From: Rebecca billardiae RCC1528
Lineage: Eukaryota; Protista; Haptophyta
NCBI GenBank assembly: GCA_965240325.2
Contig: OZ251242.1
Location: 124,001 to 188,000, forward strand
DNA length: 64,000 bases
Direction of reading: 5' to 3'
Under the pieces are notes generated by a model. It did no database searches. It saw only the letters and a list, made by a program, of their open reading frames with translations, and was not told the DNA's origin. Positions 37,162-47,867 of the stretch are shown here, one piece after another (position 1 is the first letter of the stretch; every line of letters begins with the position of its first letter). The position numbers were made by a program, and so were the translations under genes.

Positions 37162-37566
37162 GTCGCCTGGCTGAGGGTGGGCGGGTGGCCGGCCCGGGCG
37201 GGCGCCTCTCGGCTCTCCGCCACCGGCGGCCGGACGGTCCGGTGGGTTCCAGAATCTGAAATCCAGAAACAGGCCAAACGGGTTCGAAGCCGCGCCAGGC
37301 TGGCCGACGATTTTCATGACACGGCGGGGACCTGGACGCGCGTGGACCCATCAAGGGCCGGCCGGGCTCTCGCCAGCGGCGCGTATATGCTGGCGCACGC
37401 CGTTGAAGAGCATGGCGAGATTCCGCCATCCCGGCGTATGCGAGGACAGCCGACAGAGAGCAGGGCGGCCGATGAGCGCCAAGCTTGCCGCGTGGCCCCG
37501 CCTCAGCGAGTAGTGCGGAGTGGCCAGTGGCGGCGGAGTGCGCCTCGGGATCAGTGCCGACGGCCG

Positions 37567-38115
37567 TCATGCGCCACCGTCCTCGTCGTCCACCGCATCG
37601 TCCGCCGCGCCCGCCGGTGCGCCCGTCGCCGTCGTGGCCTGCTTCTTGGCCTCTCGCTCCGCCTTCCGCGCCGCTGCCGCCGCCTTCTTCTCCTCCTTGC
37701 TCAACTTCTTGGCGAACAGGGGCTGCACCTCGGCGGCGGGCGGCGCGGGCGCCGCGTCCGCGGGCTGGTCGAGGCGCGGGCGGCTGGCGGGCGGCGGGTC
37801 TCCCGGGGCGAAGGAGCCCGGCACGAGCGCCGCGGTGCCGGCGCCACCGCCCACCCAGCCCAGCATCGGCGCGTCGCACAGCATGCCCTCGCTCGGCACG
37901 CCGCGGATCGTCGCCTTGGTGACCGCCTCGCCACGCACGACCGCGCCGACCTGCGCGACGACGACGCGCTTGTCGGCCTGCACGTTGGGCGCGTTGGTGA
38001 CGATCTGCAGCGTCCGCTCGCCACCGACGTCCACGGACAGCCGCTTCAGGCTGTCCGACACCGCCTCGCACTCGAGCACGAGCCCGACGACGACGCGCTC
38101 GTCGAGGTCCGCCAT
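37567..38115 (-). CDS. Stand-alone tRNA-binding OB-fold protein (PheRS-beta B2/Trbp111/Myf-like) with basic C-terminal tail
   Basis: VVVGLVLECE...LKRLSVDVG...LQIVTNAPNV...VVVAQVG...IRGVPSEGMLC matches the tRNA_bind motif. Confidence 0.85.
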   Translation of the reverse strand: MADLDERVVVGLVLECEAVSDSLKRLSVDVGGERTLQIVTNAPNVQADKRVVVAQVGAVVRGEAVTKATIRGVPSEGMLCDAPMLGWVGGGAGTAALVPGSFAPGDPPPASRPRLDQPADAAPAPPAAEVQPLFAKKLSKEEKKAAAAARKAEREAKKQATTATGAPAGAADDAVDDEDGGA

Positions 38116-38310
38116 CCTGCCGACGCCCGCCGTGCGGTTTCGCACCGGACGCGCCCAACGGCCAAATGCCGCGGAAGCCGCGACTGGTCCTGCTCGCGAG
38201 GTCCTGCCGTCCTGGCCGCAGGCGCAGGACCGGGCAGCACGGCAGCGCGCGTCCGCCCCTCGGCGCTTTTCGAGCAGCGCGGCGCCCCGCCCGCACGCGC
38301 GCAGGCCGGC

Positions 38311-39695
38311 ATGGATCTGCACGACCTGCGGGGCGTGGTGGAGGACGTGGTCACTCGCGCCCTCTCCCTCGTCCGCCCCTCCGCCCCGGAAGCCGCCGCG
38401 CCCGCCGCGCCGCCATCGTCCGAGCTCCCGGACGACGAGCACGTCGCGGCGCTGCTGCGGCGCGCGGAGAAGGTGATCGTGATGGTGGGCGCCGGGCTGT
38501 CGACGGCGGCGGGGATCCCGGACTTCCGCACGCCGGGCACGGGGCTGTACTACCAGCTCGAGAAGTACGAGCTGCCCAGCCCGCAGGCCATTTTCTCGAT
38601 CGATTATTTCCGCGCGCGGCCGGAGCCGTTCCACCTGCTGGCGCGCGAGATGTGGCCGGGCAACTTCGCGCCGACGGAGGCGCACGCGTTCCTCCGGCTG
38701 CTCGCGGAGAAGGGCAAGCTGCTCCGCGTGTACACGCAGAACATCGACGGCCTCGAGCGCCTCGCCGGCGTGCCGCCCGACCGGCTCGTCGAGTGCCACG
38801 GCACGTTTGCGAGCGCGCACTCGATTGGGCCCGAGCCGAAGCAGTTTGACATCGGCTGGTACAAGGCGCAGCTCGACGCGGGGAGCACGGAGATCCGCTG
38901 CCCCGACACCGGCGCGCTCGTCAAGCCGGTCCGCGCCCGCGCGCGCCGCACGCGCCCGCGGCCACGCGCCCGCCGCGCGCGTGCCGTGTGCGCGCGTGCG
39001 CGCCTCGCCGCACCCTCACCCAACCCTATACCCTAACCCTAACCCTAACCCTCACCCTCACCCAACCCTATACCCTATACCCTAACCCTAACCCTCACCC
39101 AACCCTATACCCTAACCCTAACCCCCCTAACCCTAACCACCGGTTGGGTGGTTGGCCTCAGGACATCGTCTTCTTCGGCGAGTCGCTGCCCGCGCACTTC
39201 GGCCCGAGCGTCGCGGCGGACTTCCCGCAGTGCGACCTGCTGCTCATCATCGGCACGAGCCTCACCGTGATGCCCTTCGCCGGACTCGTCTCCAGAGTCC
39301 GGGAGTCGGTGCCCAGAGTCCTGGTGAACATGACGATGGCGGGCGAGGGCCGGCTGCGGCTGCGAGGGCAGCAGGAGCAGGAGCCGGCGGCGGAGGAGGA
39401 GGAGGGGGCGGAGGGGGCGGGCGGTTTCGACCCGTTCGCCGCGGCGCTCGTCGAGGACCGACGCCCGCACAACGACGTCGCCCTGCTCGGCGACTGCCAG
39501 GCCAGCGCGCGCCGGCTCGCCGAGCTGGCTGGGTGGGGCCCTGAGCTGCGCGCGCTGGCAGCCAAGCAGGCGAAGGCGCACGGCGCGCGCGCGGCGGGCG
39601 GCGGGGCGCCCGCGGCGGCGGGCGGCGGCGCGGCGGCGGCCGCGTCGAGCGCGGATGCGCTCGCGGGCGCGATGAGCAGGCTGGGCGTCGAATGA
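38311..39695 (+). CDS. SIRT2: NAD-dependent deacylase, class I sirtuin (SIRT2/Hst2-like); exons 38311-38928 and 39162-39695
   Basis: GAGLSTAAGIPDFRTPGTGLY, YTQNIDGLE, catalytic CHG, VKP|DIVFFGE, IIGTSLTVMPFA, PRVLVN, GDC. GT..CAG intron 38929-39161. Confidence 0.9.
39012..39137 (+). repeat. Interstitial telomere-like (CCCTAA)n array with CCCTCA/CCCTATA variants in the sirtuin intron
   Basis: About 20 short units visible, ending 24 nt before the intron 3' end. Confidence 0.95.
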
Positions 39696-40385
39696 CGTGC
39701 CGCGGCTGCCGCGGCTGCCATCGCCGCCCCCGCCCGCCCGTGCGCAGCGCCGGCCCGTGCGCCGCGCCCGCTCGTGCGCCGCGGCCGACTGACTGCGGCC
39801 GCGCCGTCGCTGCTCCGGGCGAGCCGCTACCTGTCAGCCTGTCCGTGGCAGGGGTGGACGAGCGGACACCCCGCCTAGGCCGGGCCGTACCGGGCGCGAG
39901 GCGCCCCGCGCCCACGCCCGGCGCCCAGCCGCGCTGCGCGGGCGTGCGGACGGACAGTCAGTCGCGCGGGCGACGAGGCTTCGGCCGTCGTGTGGCGCGC
40001 GTGGCTGTGGCGCGCGGGCCCCGCCTCAGCCGATGGCGATGGCTCCGCGGCGCCGCCTTTTTGATGCGGCAGGCGGCCAGGTCACAGGTCGCGTGGCTGC
40101 GACGGCGCTCTGGCACCGTGCCGTGCACGGCGTATACGCTCGGTGCCGCGGTGGAGGGGAGCGGCAAGTGCTGCCGGCGTCGTCGGCATCAGTCGAGCTC
40201 GCCTCCGCCTGAGAGCCAGCCGGGGCCGAAGCTGGGAGAGCCGGGTGGCGAGAACTGCTATGCTGCGCACGCTCGTTGTTTTGATGCGCTTTTATTATCC
40301 GGCGCGGCGCGTGCGCGTGGGGATGCCGAAAAGAAGAAAACTAGGGTCAACTGCCGAGCGGAACCCGACGCCTTTCGCACGAGCG

Positions 40386-42221
40386 ATGCTGGCGGAAGTG
40401 CGCGCCGACGAGCCGGCGGCGACGCCGTGGCAGCGCTGCGTGCGGCTCGGCGTGCCGCTGGCGACGGCCGCGCTGATCGGCGCGCTCATGTACGCCTCCG
40501 CGACCCACGGGCCCGGACTCGCCACGCTCGTGCCCCTCGAGAACGTCCGGCTCGAGACGGCGGTCCGGCGCGGCGTGCGGTTCGCGCCTGCGAGCATCGA
40601 GCCGCGCAGCGTGCGGTGCGAGCCGTTCGCGATGGACGCGAACGCGAGCGTGCGTGAGCGGATGCACCAGCGCATTCTCACCGCCGGCGTGGCACGCGCC
40701 ATGCCCGGCGCCGCCGCGCCGCCGGCGCCGCGCGCGCGCACGCGCTGCTCAATGCGAGCGTGCGACGGCGCGGGCACGCGGCACGTCCTGAGCGCGCAGG
40801 ACGCGTGCTGGTTCAACCGCACGCTGTACCTGCTTTCCGACCGCGATGCACCGCCCGCGCTCATCCACACCCGGCCGATCGGCCCGCCGGCCAAGTCCGG
40901 CTCGCGCGCGCGCCGCCGCATCCGCTACTCGGTTGCGGAGGTGGCGGGCGGGGCAGAGGCGGTGCCCGCTGCCGCGCGCGTCTGGCTGCCGGGCACGTGG
41001 GTGCTGCTCACGCCCGAGTTCAAGTTCGGGCAGCGCAACATGTTCCACGCCATCCTCGAGGACCTCGCGATGCTCACGCACGTCCTCCAGTGCGCGCGCG
41101 CCGCGCCACGCGGCGCCGAGACGAATTATTTATTGCTCGAGTCCCGGAAAATGCTCTCGAACAACACGGTGGGTCGGCTGTGGGAGCTGGCGACGGACGG
41201 CGGGCGCAGCTGGTACGTGCCCACGGCGGAGGGCGAGCGCACGGCGTTCTGCTTCCGCCGCGCGCACGTCGACGCGTGGGTCTCCGCCGCCGACCTCCCC
41301 AGCGGCGACGTGGCGCGCGCCGAGGCGGCCTGCGAGCGCTCGCGCCGCGCGGACGCGGACTCGGCGCGCGGCGGCGGCGGCGGCGGCAGCGGCGGCGGCG
41401 GCGCGGAGGGCGGCGGCGCGGGCGCGCACTCGTGGGAGGGCTGGCCCGCGCCCGAGGCCTCGCGCTTCCGCGGGCTCGACGACGTGGTCGCCACCGCGCG
41501 CCGCCGGCTGCGCGTGCCGCCGCGCCCAGACCTCGTCGCGTCCGCGCGCTGGGCCGCGCCGCGCGTCACTGTGGTCCACCGGCTGTCCAACCGGCGGATT
41601 CTCAACGTGGACCTCCTGGCGGAGGCGCTGGCGGGCGAGGGGATGGCGGTGACGGTGGCGTCGCTCGAGTGCCTGCCGCTCGAGGCGCAGCTCGCGCTCG
41701 TCTCCAACTCGTCCACCCTCCTCGGCATCCACGGCGCGGGCCTCTCCCTCGGGCACACGCTCCCGGCCGACGCGGCCGTGCTCGAGCTGCGCACGGCGCC
41801 GTGCGCGGAGGAGGCGCGCGGCGTGCCGTACCAGATGCGCAGGGCGGCGCGGATCGTGCCCGCGCCGCGCGAGGCGGTGATGCCCACGCGCGACTGCCCG
41901 CCGCCGTGGAAGTACAACTCGCGCGAGCGCGACGGCATCGCCGACATCGCCGCCGTACTGGACGCCATCTATGAGCTCGACCCAGTCGCCTCGCAGGCGC
42001 CGCAGTGGGCGGCCAACCGCACGCGCTGGCTGGGCGGCCGCGGCCGCGGCGCGCGCGGCGGCGGCGTGGCGCGGCGCGCGCTGCGAGGGGCCGGGGCACC
42101 GCGGCGCGCAGCTGCCTCTGCCTCGTCGGGTGTTCACCCCGGCGGCCATCAGCCGACGCGCGCCCGCCGCGACGCGTGGCGCCGGGCCGACGAGGGCGGC
42201 GATCACGAGCAGCTGGTGTAG
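40386..42221 (+). CDS. Glycosyltransferase family 61 (DUF563; EOGT/xylosyltransferase-like), type II membrane protein
   Basis: N-terminal TM helix, NMFHAILED, RRILN, QLALVSNSSTLLGIHGAGL...AVLEL. Start could instead be 40323 or 40260. Confidence 0.8.
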   Translation: MLAEVRADEPAATPWQRCVRLGVPLATAALIGALMYASATHGPGLATLVPLENVRLETAVRRGVRFAPASIEPRSVRCEPFAMDANASVRERMHQRILTAGVARAMPGAAAPPAPRARTRCSMRACDGAGTRHVLSAQDACWFNRTLYLLSDRDAPPALIHTRPIGPPAKSGSRARRRIRYSVAEVAGGAEAVPAAARVWLPGTWVLLTPEFKFGQRNMFHAILEDLAMLTHVLQCARAAPRGAETNYLLLESRKMLSNNTVGRLWELATDGGRSWYVPTAEGERTAFCFRRAHVDAWVSAADLPSGDVARAEAACERSRRADADSARGGGGGGSGGGGAEGGGAGAHSWEGWPAPEASRFRGLDDVVATARRRLRVPPRPDLVASARWAAPRVTVVHRLSNRRILNVDLLAEALAGEGMAVTVASLECLPLEAQLALVSNSSTLLGIHGAGLSLGHTLPADAAVLELRTAPCAEEARGVPYQMRRAARIVPAPREAVMPTRDCPPPWKYNSRERDGIADIAAVLDAIYELDPVASQAPQWAANRTRWLGGRGRGARGGGVARRALRGAGAPRRAAASASSGVHPGGHQPTRARRDAWRRADEGGDHEQLV

Positions 42222-43518
42222 CGCGAGCGACTCACTCGTGCTCTGTGCTCATTCAGACTCAGTGCTTCTGATTCGTCTATATTCGCAGTGCGGTGTGGCA
42301 TCGTAGTAGTGTGCGCGCACGCGGGCGCCGAGCCGCCCCGTGCCGGGCGCGTGCGGCGCCGTGGCGGCCTGTCGCTCGTAACTCCCGCCTCCCGGTACCG
42401 GGACTCCGTACGGTCCGTGCTGGGCTATAATAATAATAACCTGATATGACTCGGCCTCACTCGTATGAGATTCTAACTCGTCGGGGCCGGGCCGACCCCC
42501 CGGCCGACGGGCCGGCGGCCGGGCGACGGCGTCACGGCGACGACGGTCCGACGGCGCGACGAAGGACTGAAGGGCCGTCGGGCCGCGGCCGCGCCGGCGG
42601 CCGCGCGGCGTGCGGGCCGCCTTTATTACTGCTGCGCTTCGTCATCAGAATCGTCGTCAGTGCTGTCTGAAACACCGCGTGCTGGTGGTCGTCATCTTCT
42701 GAGCTCATCATCATCATCATTTCATCAACAGCTGAGGCCGGCCGAGCGCCGCCGCGCCGCGGGCGAGCGCCGCCTCCGCCGCGGCGCCGCAAGTGGCGGC
42801 GGCAGCGCACAGTCCGGGACGGCCGCGGGCCGATCCCGGCCATGCGGCCGCAGGCCATGCGGTTGGCCGGGCCGGGGCCCGGCGCGCTCGCGCCGGCCTC
42901 ATCACAATCTTCGGCTGACGGGCGGCCAAGCCGCGCCGTCGGGGGCGGCGGGGAAGTTGCGCCGGCGAGCGGGGCAGTGGCGCCCCGCGCCGGCGCCGCG
43001 CGCCCGCCCCCTTAACTCTCCGTGCGTCTTCGTGCTCCGTTCGTGCGTCTTGTGCGAGCGGGCCGGCGTCAGCGGCCACGCTCGCCCCTCACCTCCCTCC
43101 CCATCCAACCCTCCGTGCCCCCGAGCCTCGCCGGCTCGGACGCCACCGCCAGGCACGACGCCAGCCGGCGGTCCGGCCGCGCCGTGCCGAGCGGCGGCGC
43201 GGGCCGCGCGCCGCGCGCCGCGCGCGGAGGCGCGGGCGCGCATGCACACGGGGCGTGGCAGCCGCCGGCGCGGAGCCGAGCGGCGGCGCGCGAAGAGCGC
43301 GCCACCCGGCCGCTTGAGACAACGTCGCGGCCACCCTCGCATGCAAAACGGGCGGCCGGGCGCGAGCGCGCCGCGCCGCGCGCCGCGGCGCGGCGCGGCC
43401 GCCGGCCGCGCGCGCGCCGCGCCGCGCGCCGCGGCCCACTCCCCCGGTGCCCTCCTCCCCCATCTTCGACCTCGGCGCGGCGTGGGCGCGGTGTGGCGCG
43501 CCACCGTGGCCGTCCTTC

Positions 43519-43773
43519 TCACTCGGCCTGCGTCGACGGGTTGGGGCAGTCGCGCCCGATGTGGCCGTACTGGCCGCAGCGGTAGCACTTGGGGCCAGCA
43601 TCCTTGTACGCGCACTCCGAGGCAATGTGGCCTGTCTCGCCGCAGTTGAAGCAGCGCTGGCCGCGCGGGGGCTTGCGCGCCGCGCGGCGGCCCTCGGCCT
43701 CGGCGCCCTCGGCCGGCGGCTCGGGGCAGTCGCGCGAGAGGTGGTCCGTGGCGCCGCAGTTCCAGCAGGGCTT

Positions 43774-43851
<78 letters not shown>

Positions 43852-44283
43852 AGCGGCGCGGTTCTGCGTGCGGGTGCGCGGCGCGCGGGCCTGGCCGGGG
43901 GCGGCGGTGCCACCCGCGCGCGGCTTGGAGAGCAGCCGCTCGAGGCTCTCCACCGAGTGGTACCCCGACGCGCGCCACGACTGGCCCTGGTCCGCGGACG
44001 CCTTGATCGAGCGCTCGCCGTACAGAACGTCGATGACGACGCCGGTGGCGGAGTTCATGAAGTAGAGCGAGGCGAGCTCGGTGTTGCCCGGCTGGCGCTC
44101 CTCCAGCCCGGCGTTCATCGCCACGGAGTAGATGAACGTCGGGTCCGTCAGCTGCGGGTCGGCGACCTGGTTGGGGCAGTCGCGCGACACGTGACCGACT
44201 TGGCCGCAGCCGTAGCACGTGGGCGCCTCATTGGCGCACTCGCGCGCGATGTGGCCCGTCTCGCCGCAGTTGTAGCACCGCAT
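43519..44283 (-). CDS. CCHC zinc-knuckle (CNBP/Gis2-like) protein: 2 knuckles, globular insert, poly-Gly, 3 knuckles
   Basis: Five CX2CX4HX4C motifs (CYNCGETGHIAREC, CYGCGQVGHVSRDC, CWNCGATDHLSRDC, CFNCGETGHIASEC, CYRCGQYGHIGRDC). Confidence 0.9.
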
Positions 44284-44759
44284 CGCCACCCGCGAGGAGC
44301 GCCCCTCCTGCCTAAGCCGCTCCGACGACGGACGCGCCTGCCGCCCGGAGGTGGCTGGGTTTGGACTGCCGACGAGCGAGGCTCTGGGCACGCAATCTTT
44401 CGCTTTGCTGTTGCGGGCCTGGGCCGAAGCCGCCGACGTCGTCATCAAGCCGACGAGCGGCCGCGGCGACGAGCCGCGATCTCCGATCAGTTGGAGATCG
44501 GAGCGAGGTCGCCGTGATTGGCCGAGGCCAGCGCTCAAAATAGAAACGGCAGTTTCCCAATCCGGGACACCGATTTTCCGGACTCACGGTCATCAAGGAT
44601 CGAAGGGCTTCTCAGCCCAGGACCGTGGAGAGCTGCGCGAAGTTCGCGCCGCCTGTTCGGTGCATGCGACCGCCCGGGCGGGCACACGATGGCCGCCGCG
44701 CGGCGAGCGCGCCTGCAAAGTGGGAGCAAGTGGCCAGTCGGCGGGAGGGGAGCACCCCG

Positions 44760-46052
44760 TCACGGGTCGTCGTGCCGCCGCACCGCCTCCAGCGCGCCCG
44801 CGAGGTCTGCCTCGCTGATCGCCTGCCCCTCGCCGCGCCGCAGCGCGCGCAGCGCCGCCTCGTTCACGAGCGCGGCGAGCTGCGCGCCCGAGAGCCCTCG
44901 CGTGCGCAGCGCGAGCGCGCGCATGTCGTACTCGGGCGGCGCGGGCAGCTGCGCGGCGTACAGCTTGAGGATCTTCTCGCGCGCGCGCGTGTTCGGCAGC
45001 CGCACGTGCACCACGCGGTCGAACCGCCCCGGCCGCGTCAGCGCGCGGTCGAGCGCCTCGTACCGGTTGGTGGCGGCGAGCACGAGCACGCGGCACCCCG
45101 CCGCGCCGCCCGCGCCGGCGCGCGGCGGCGCGGCGAGCGCGCCGTCCATGCACGCGAGCAGCTGCGTCAGCGTCGCGTCGTACTCGCGGTGCGACTGCCC
45201 CGCCAGCGCCGAGCCGCCGCGCGACGCGCCGAGCGCGTCGAGCTCGTCGAGGAAGACGATAGCAGGCGTGCGCGCGCGGCCGTCGCGCGCCTTTGCGAAG
45301 AGGTCGCGCACGGCGCGCGCGCCCTCGCCGATGTACGGTGCGTGGAATTCGGAGGCGGCGCGCGCGTAGAAGCGCACGCCCGCCTCCGCCGCGAGCGCGC
45401 GCGCGAGCAGCGTCTTCCCCGTGCCCGGAGGCCCCACCAGCAGAACGCCGCGCACCGGCCGCAGCCCGAGCGCGGCGTATTTCTCGGGACGAATCAGCAT
45501 GTCGACGACCTCGCGCAGCTCGCGCACGGCGTGCTCGAGGCCGGCGACGGTGGCGAAGCCGTCCGCCGCGGGCACCAGCGCGCCGCCCTCCCCGCCCGCC
45601 GCGTGCTGCCCCGCCGCCGCGCGCCGCGCTCGCAGCACCTCCCCCGCGCCCAGCGCGCCGAGCAGCACCGCCGGCAGCAGCCCGAGCAGCGCGGCCCAGA
45701 GCTGCGCGGCGGCGCCGCCGGCGCTGGGCGGCGGCGGCTCGGCGGAGACGCGCACCTTGCACGCGTGCAGCCGCTCCACCAGCGCGTGCGGCACCTCCGG
45801 CGGCGGCGCCACGCACTCGCGCCGCTCGCCGCCGACCGTGTACGACACGATGCCGTCGCGCCCAAACCTCGCGCTCACGTCGGAGCCGCGCGCGGACGCG
45901 GCGTCGAGCAGCTCGGAGAAGCTGGTGCGCCGCGCGGGCGGCGTGGGCGGGCGCAGGAAGGGCAGCCGCGCGCCGCGCCGCGCGTCCTCCTCCTCCGCCG
46001 CCGCCGCCGCCGCCGCGGCCGCCGCGAGCACAAGAAGCCGCGTCGTCGCCAT
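44760..46052 (-). CDS. FtsH-like membrane AAA+ ATPase lacking the M41 protease domain
   Basis: Hydrophobic leader, TSFSELL (FtsH_ext-like), TM helix, FATVAG, Walker A GPPGTGKT, Walker B IVFLDELD, SRH ATNR..LDRALTRPGRFDR, lid GLSGAQLAALVNEAAL, then stop. No HExGH. Confidence 0.85.
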   Translation of the reverse strand: MATTRLLVLAAAAAAAAAAEEEDARRGARLPFLRPPTPPARRTSFSELLDAASARGSDVSARFGRDGIVSYTVGGERRECVAPPPEVPHALVERLHACKVRVSAEPPPPSAGGAAAQLWAALLGLLPAVLLGALGAGEVLRARRAAAGQHAAGGEGGALVPAADGFATVAGLEHAVRELREVVDMLIRPEKYAALGLRPVRGVLLVGPPGTGKTLLARALAAEAGVRFYARAASEFHAPYIGEGARAVRDLFAKARDGRARTPAIVFLDELDALGASRGGSALAGQSHREYDATLTQLLACMDGALAAPPRAGAGGAAGCRVLVLAATNRYEALDRALTRPGRFDRVVHVRLPNTRAREKILKLYAAQLPAPPEYDMRALALRTRGLSGAQLAALVNEAALRALRRGEGQAISEADLAGALEAVRRHDDP

Positions 46053-46155
46053 CGTGCGACCGTTCCGCGGTGACTCGGTGAGGCCGCTCACGATCAGCAG
46101 GGCGGCGGGACGCGGGGCGTTGCTCGCGTGGAGCGGCAGCGCCCGCTGTGCGCGC

Positions 46156-47273
46156 ATGTGGCGCGCGGAGGCCTCGTCGGAGGCGCAGCGCGGCGCGAGC
46201 GCCTCGTCGCGCACCAGCTACCGCTCCGCGCGCACCTCCACCGCCTCCGCCTTCGCCAAGCGCCTCGCGGACGAGGGCAATTATTATATCGACCCGATGC
46301 GCATGGACGCAACGGCGGGCGAGGCCGAGCTGCTCGCGCGGCCCACGCCGCTCGACGCGGACGGCGGCAGCGCACCGCGCGCTCCGCCGCGGCACGTGAC
46401 GACCAACAAGGTCATGTCCCTCTCGGGCAACTACTTCATCACCGCCGACGTCCCTGAGCTCGAGCGCGGCTCCGGGCTGCTGCCTGACGGAAGCGGCGGC
46501 GGCGGCGGCGGCGGCGCGGACGGGAGCGAGGAGGAGGAGGACGAGGAGGACACGGACCGCGCGCTCGCGGCGGAGCGCGGGCTGCTCCCGCTCGACATCG
46601 CGTGGTTCCTCCGCGTCTTCAACCGCTTCGACCGCGACCGCTCCGCCACGATCTCGGTGACCGAGCTCGGCGACGTCCTCCGTTTCCTCGGGCAGAACCC
46701 GCTTGGGTTCGAAGTCGACCAAATGGTGGCGGCGGTGGACGCGTCGCGGGACGGGGCGATCTCGTTCTGCGAGTTCCTGCACCTGATGGAGCAGCTCCCC
46801 GCCTCGGGCAACGTCATCGAGGAGTGCTTCCGCGTCTTCGACGCCGACGGCACCGGTACCATCTCGAGATCGGAGCTGCGCGACGTCCTCACCGCCGAGG
46901 GCGAGGCGCTGAGCGAGGCAGAGTTCGAGGCGATGATGGGCGTGGCGGACACGAACGGGGACGGGCAGATCGACTACCGCGAGTTCGCCGCGCTGCTCAC
47001 CGGCTCGAGCGCGCAGGTCACCCGCGAGATGTGCCGCATCACCGACTTCGAGATCGTGATGGCCGTGCAGGAGGCGCGCGCGCACGGCTACGAGCGCATC
47101 AAAAAGGCGGTCGGAAAAGGTGGCTTCCGCGCGACCGAGTACATCACGCCGTCGATGGCGCGCGGCGCGGAGGAGGGGCAGCGCGCGAGCGGCGGCGCGG
47201 GCGAGGACGCCGCGCCCGCGGCCGCCGCCGCCGCCAGCACGCCGCGCACCTCCGCCGTCACCTTCAGCTGCGA

Positions 47274-47350
<77 letters not shown>

Positions 47351-47836
47351 GCGGCAATGCGGCCGACGCGGTGGGCACGGGCGGCGCGCCGCCCGTGCCG
47401 GCGGGCGCGGCGCTCGGCGCGCGGCGCGGCGGCGGCGGCGGCGGCGAGCGCGCGCCGGTGTACGGCGCGCTGGCCTCGCCACCCGGCGCGCGCGCGCTCG
47501 ACCCAACCCTCGGCGGTGGCGCCACCGCCGCCGCCTTCTTCCGCCCGCCGCCCGTGGTGACGCCGGCAGACGGCGGCTGGCCCGAGCCCCGCGCGCGCGG
47601 CACGCCGGATCGGCCGGCGCGCGCCGCCGATGCCGCCGACGCCGCCGACGCCGCTGACGCAGGGGCGACGGTGGGGCGGCCAGCGCGCGCGCCGAGCCGG
47701 CGTCCGCGCATCGGCGCCGCGCGGCCGCCCGTCGGCGCGCGCGGCCCGCGGCTGCCGCCGCTGCAGCGCGTGCCGCAGCCCAGAGTGCTCCACGCGCACT
47801 CGCTCGCAGCGCCGCCGGCCGCGCCGTGGGCCGCGA

Positions 47837-47867
<31 letters not shown>

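Noticed and set aside
36649-39036. 795-aa ORF suggesting a long N-terminal extension of the sirtuin
   Set aside because: The upstream part is antisense to two credible minus-strand genes; the real start is most plausibly ATG 38311.
39012-39137. True chromosome end or misjoin at the telomeric repeats
   Set aside because: The array is short and degenerate and lies within an intron whose flanking exons join perfectly (VKP|DIVFFGE); the same holds for TBL3.
43519-44283. Retrotransposon Gag suggested by CCHC knuckles
   Set aside because: No capsid, protease, RT, integrase or LTRs nearby; the five-knuckle plus Gly-rich layout fits cellular CNBP-like proteins.
45421-46155. Apparent overlap of the calmodulin-like ORF with the AAA gene
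   Set aside because: The upstream in-frame stretch is the antisense of the AAA CDS; ATG 46156 gives a non-overlapping model.
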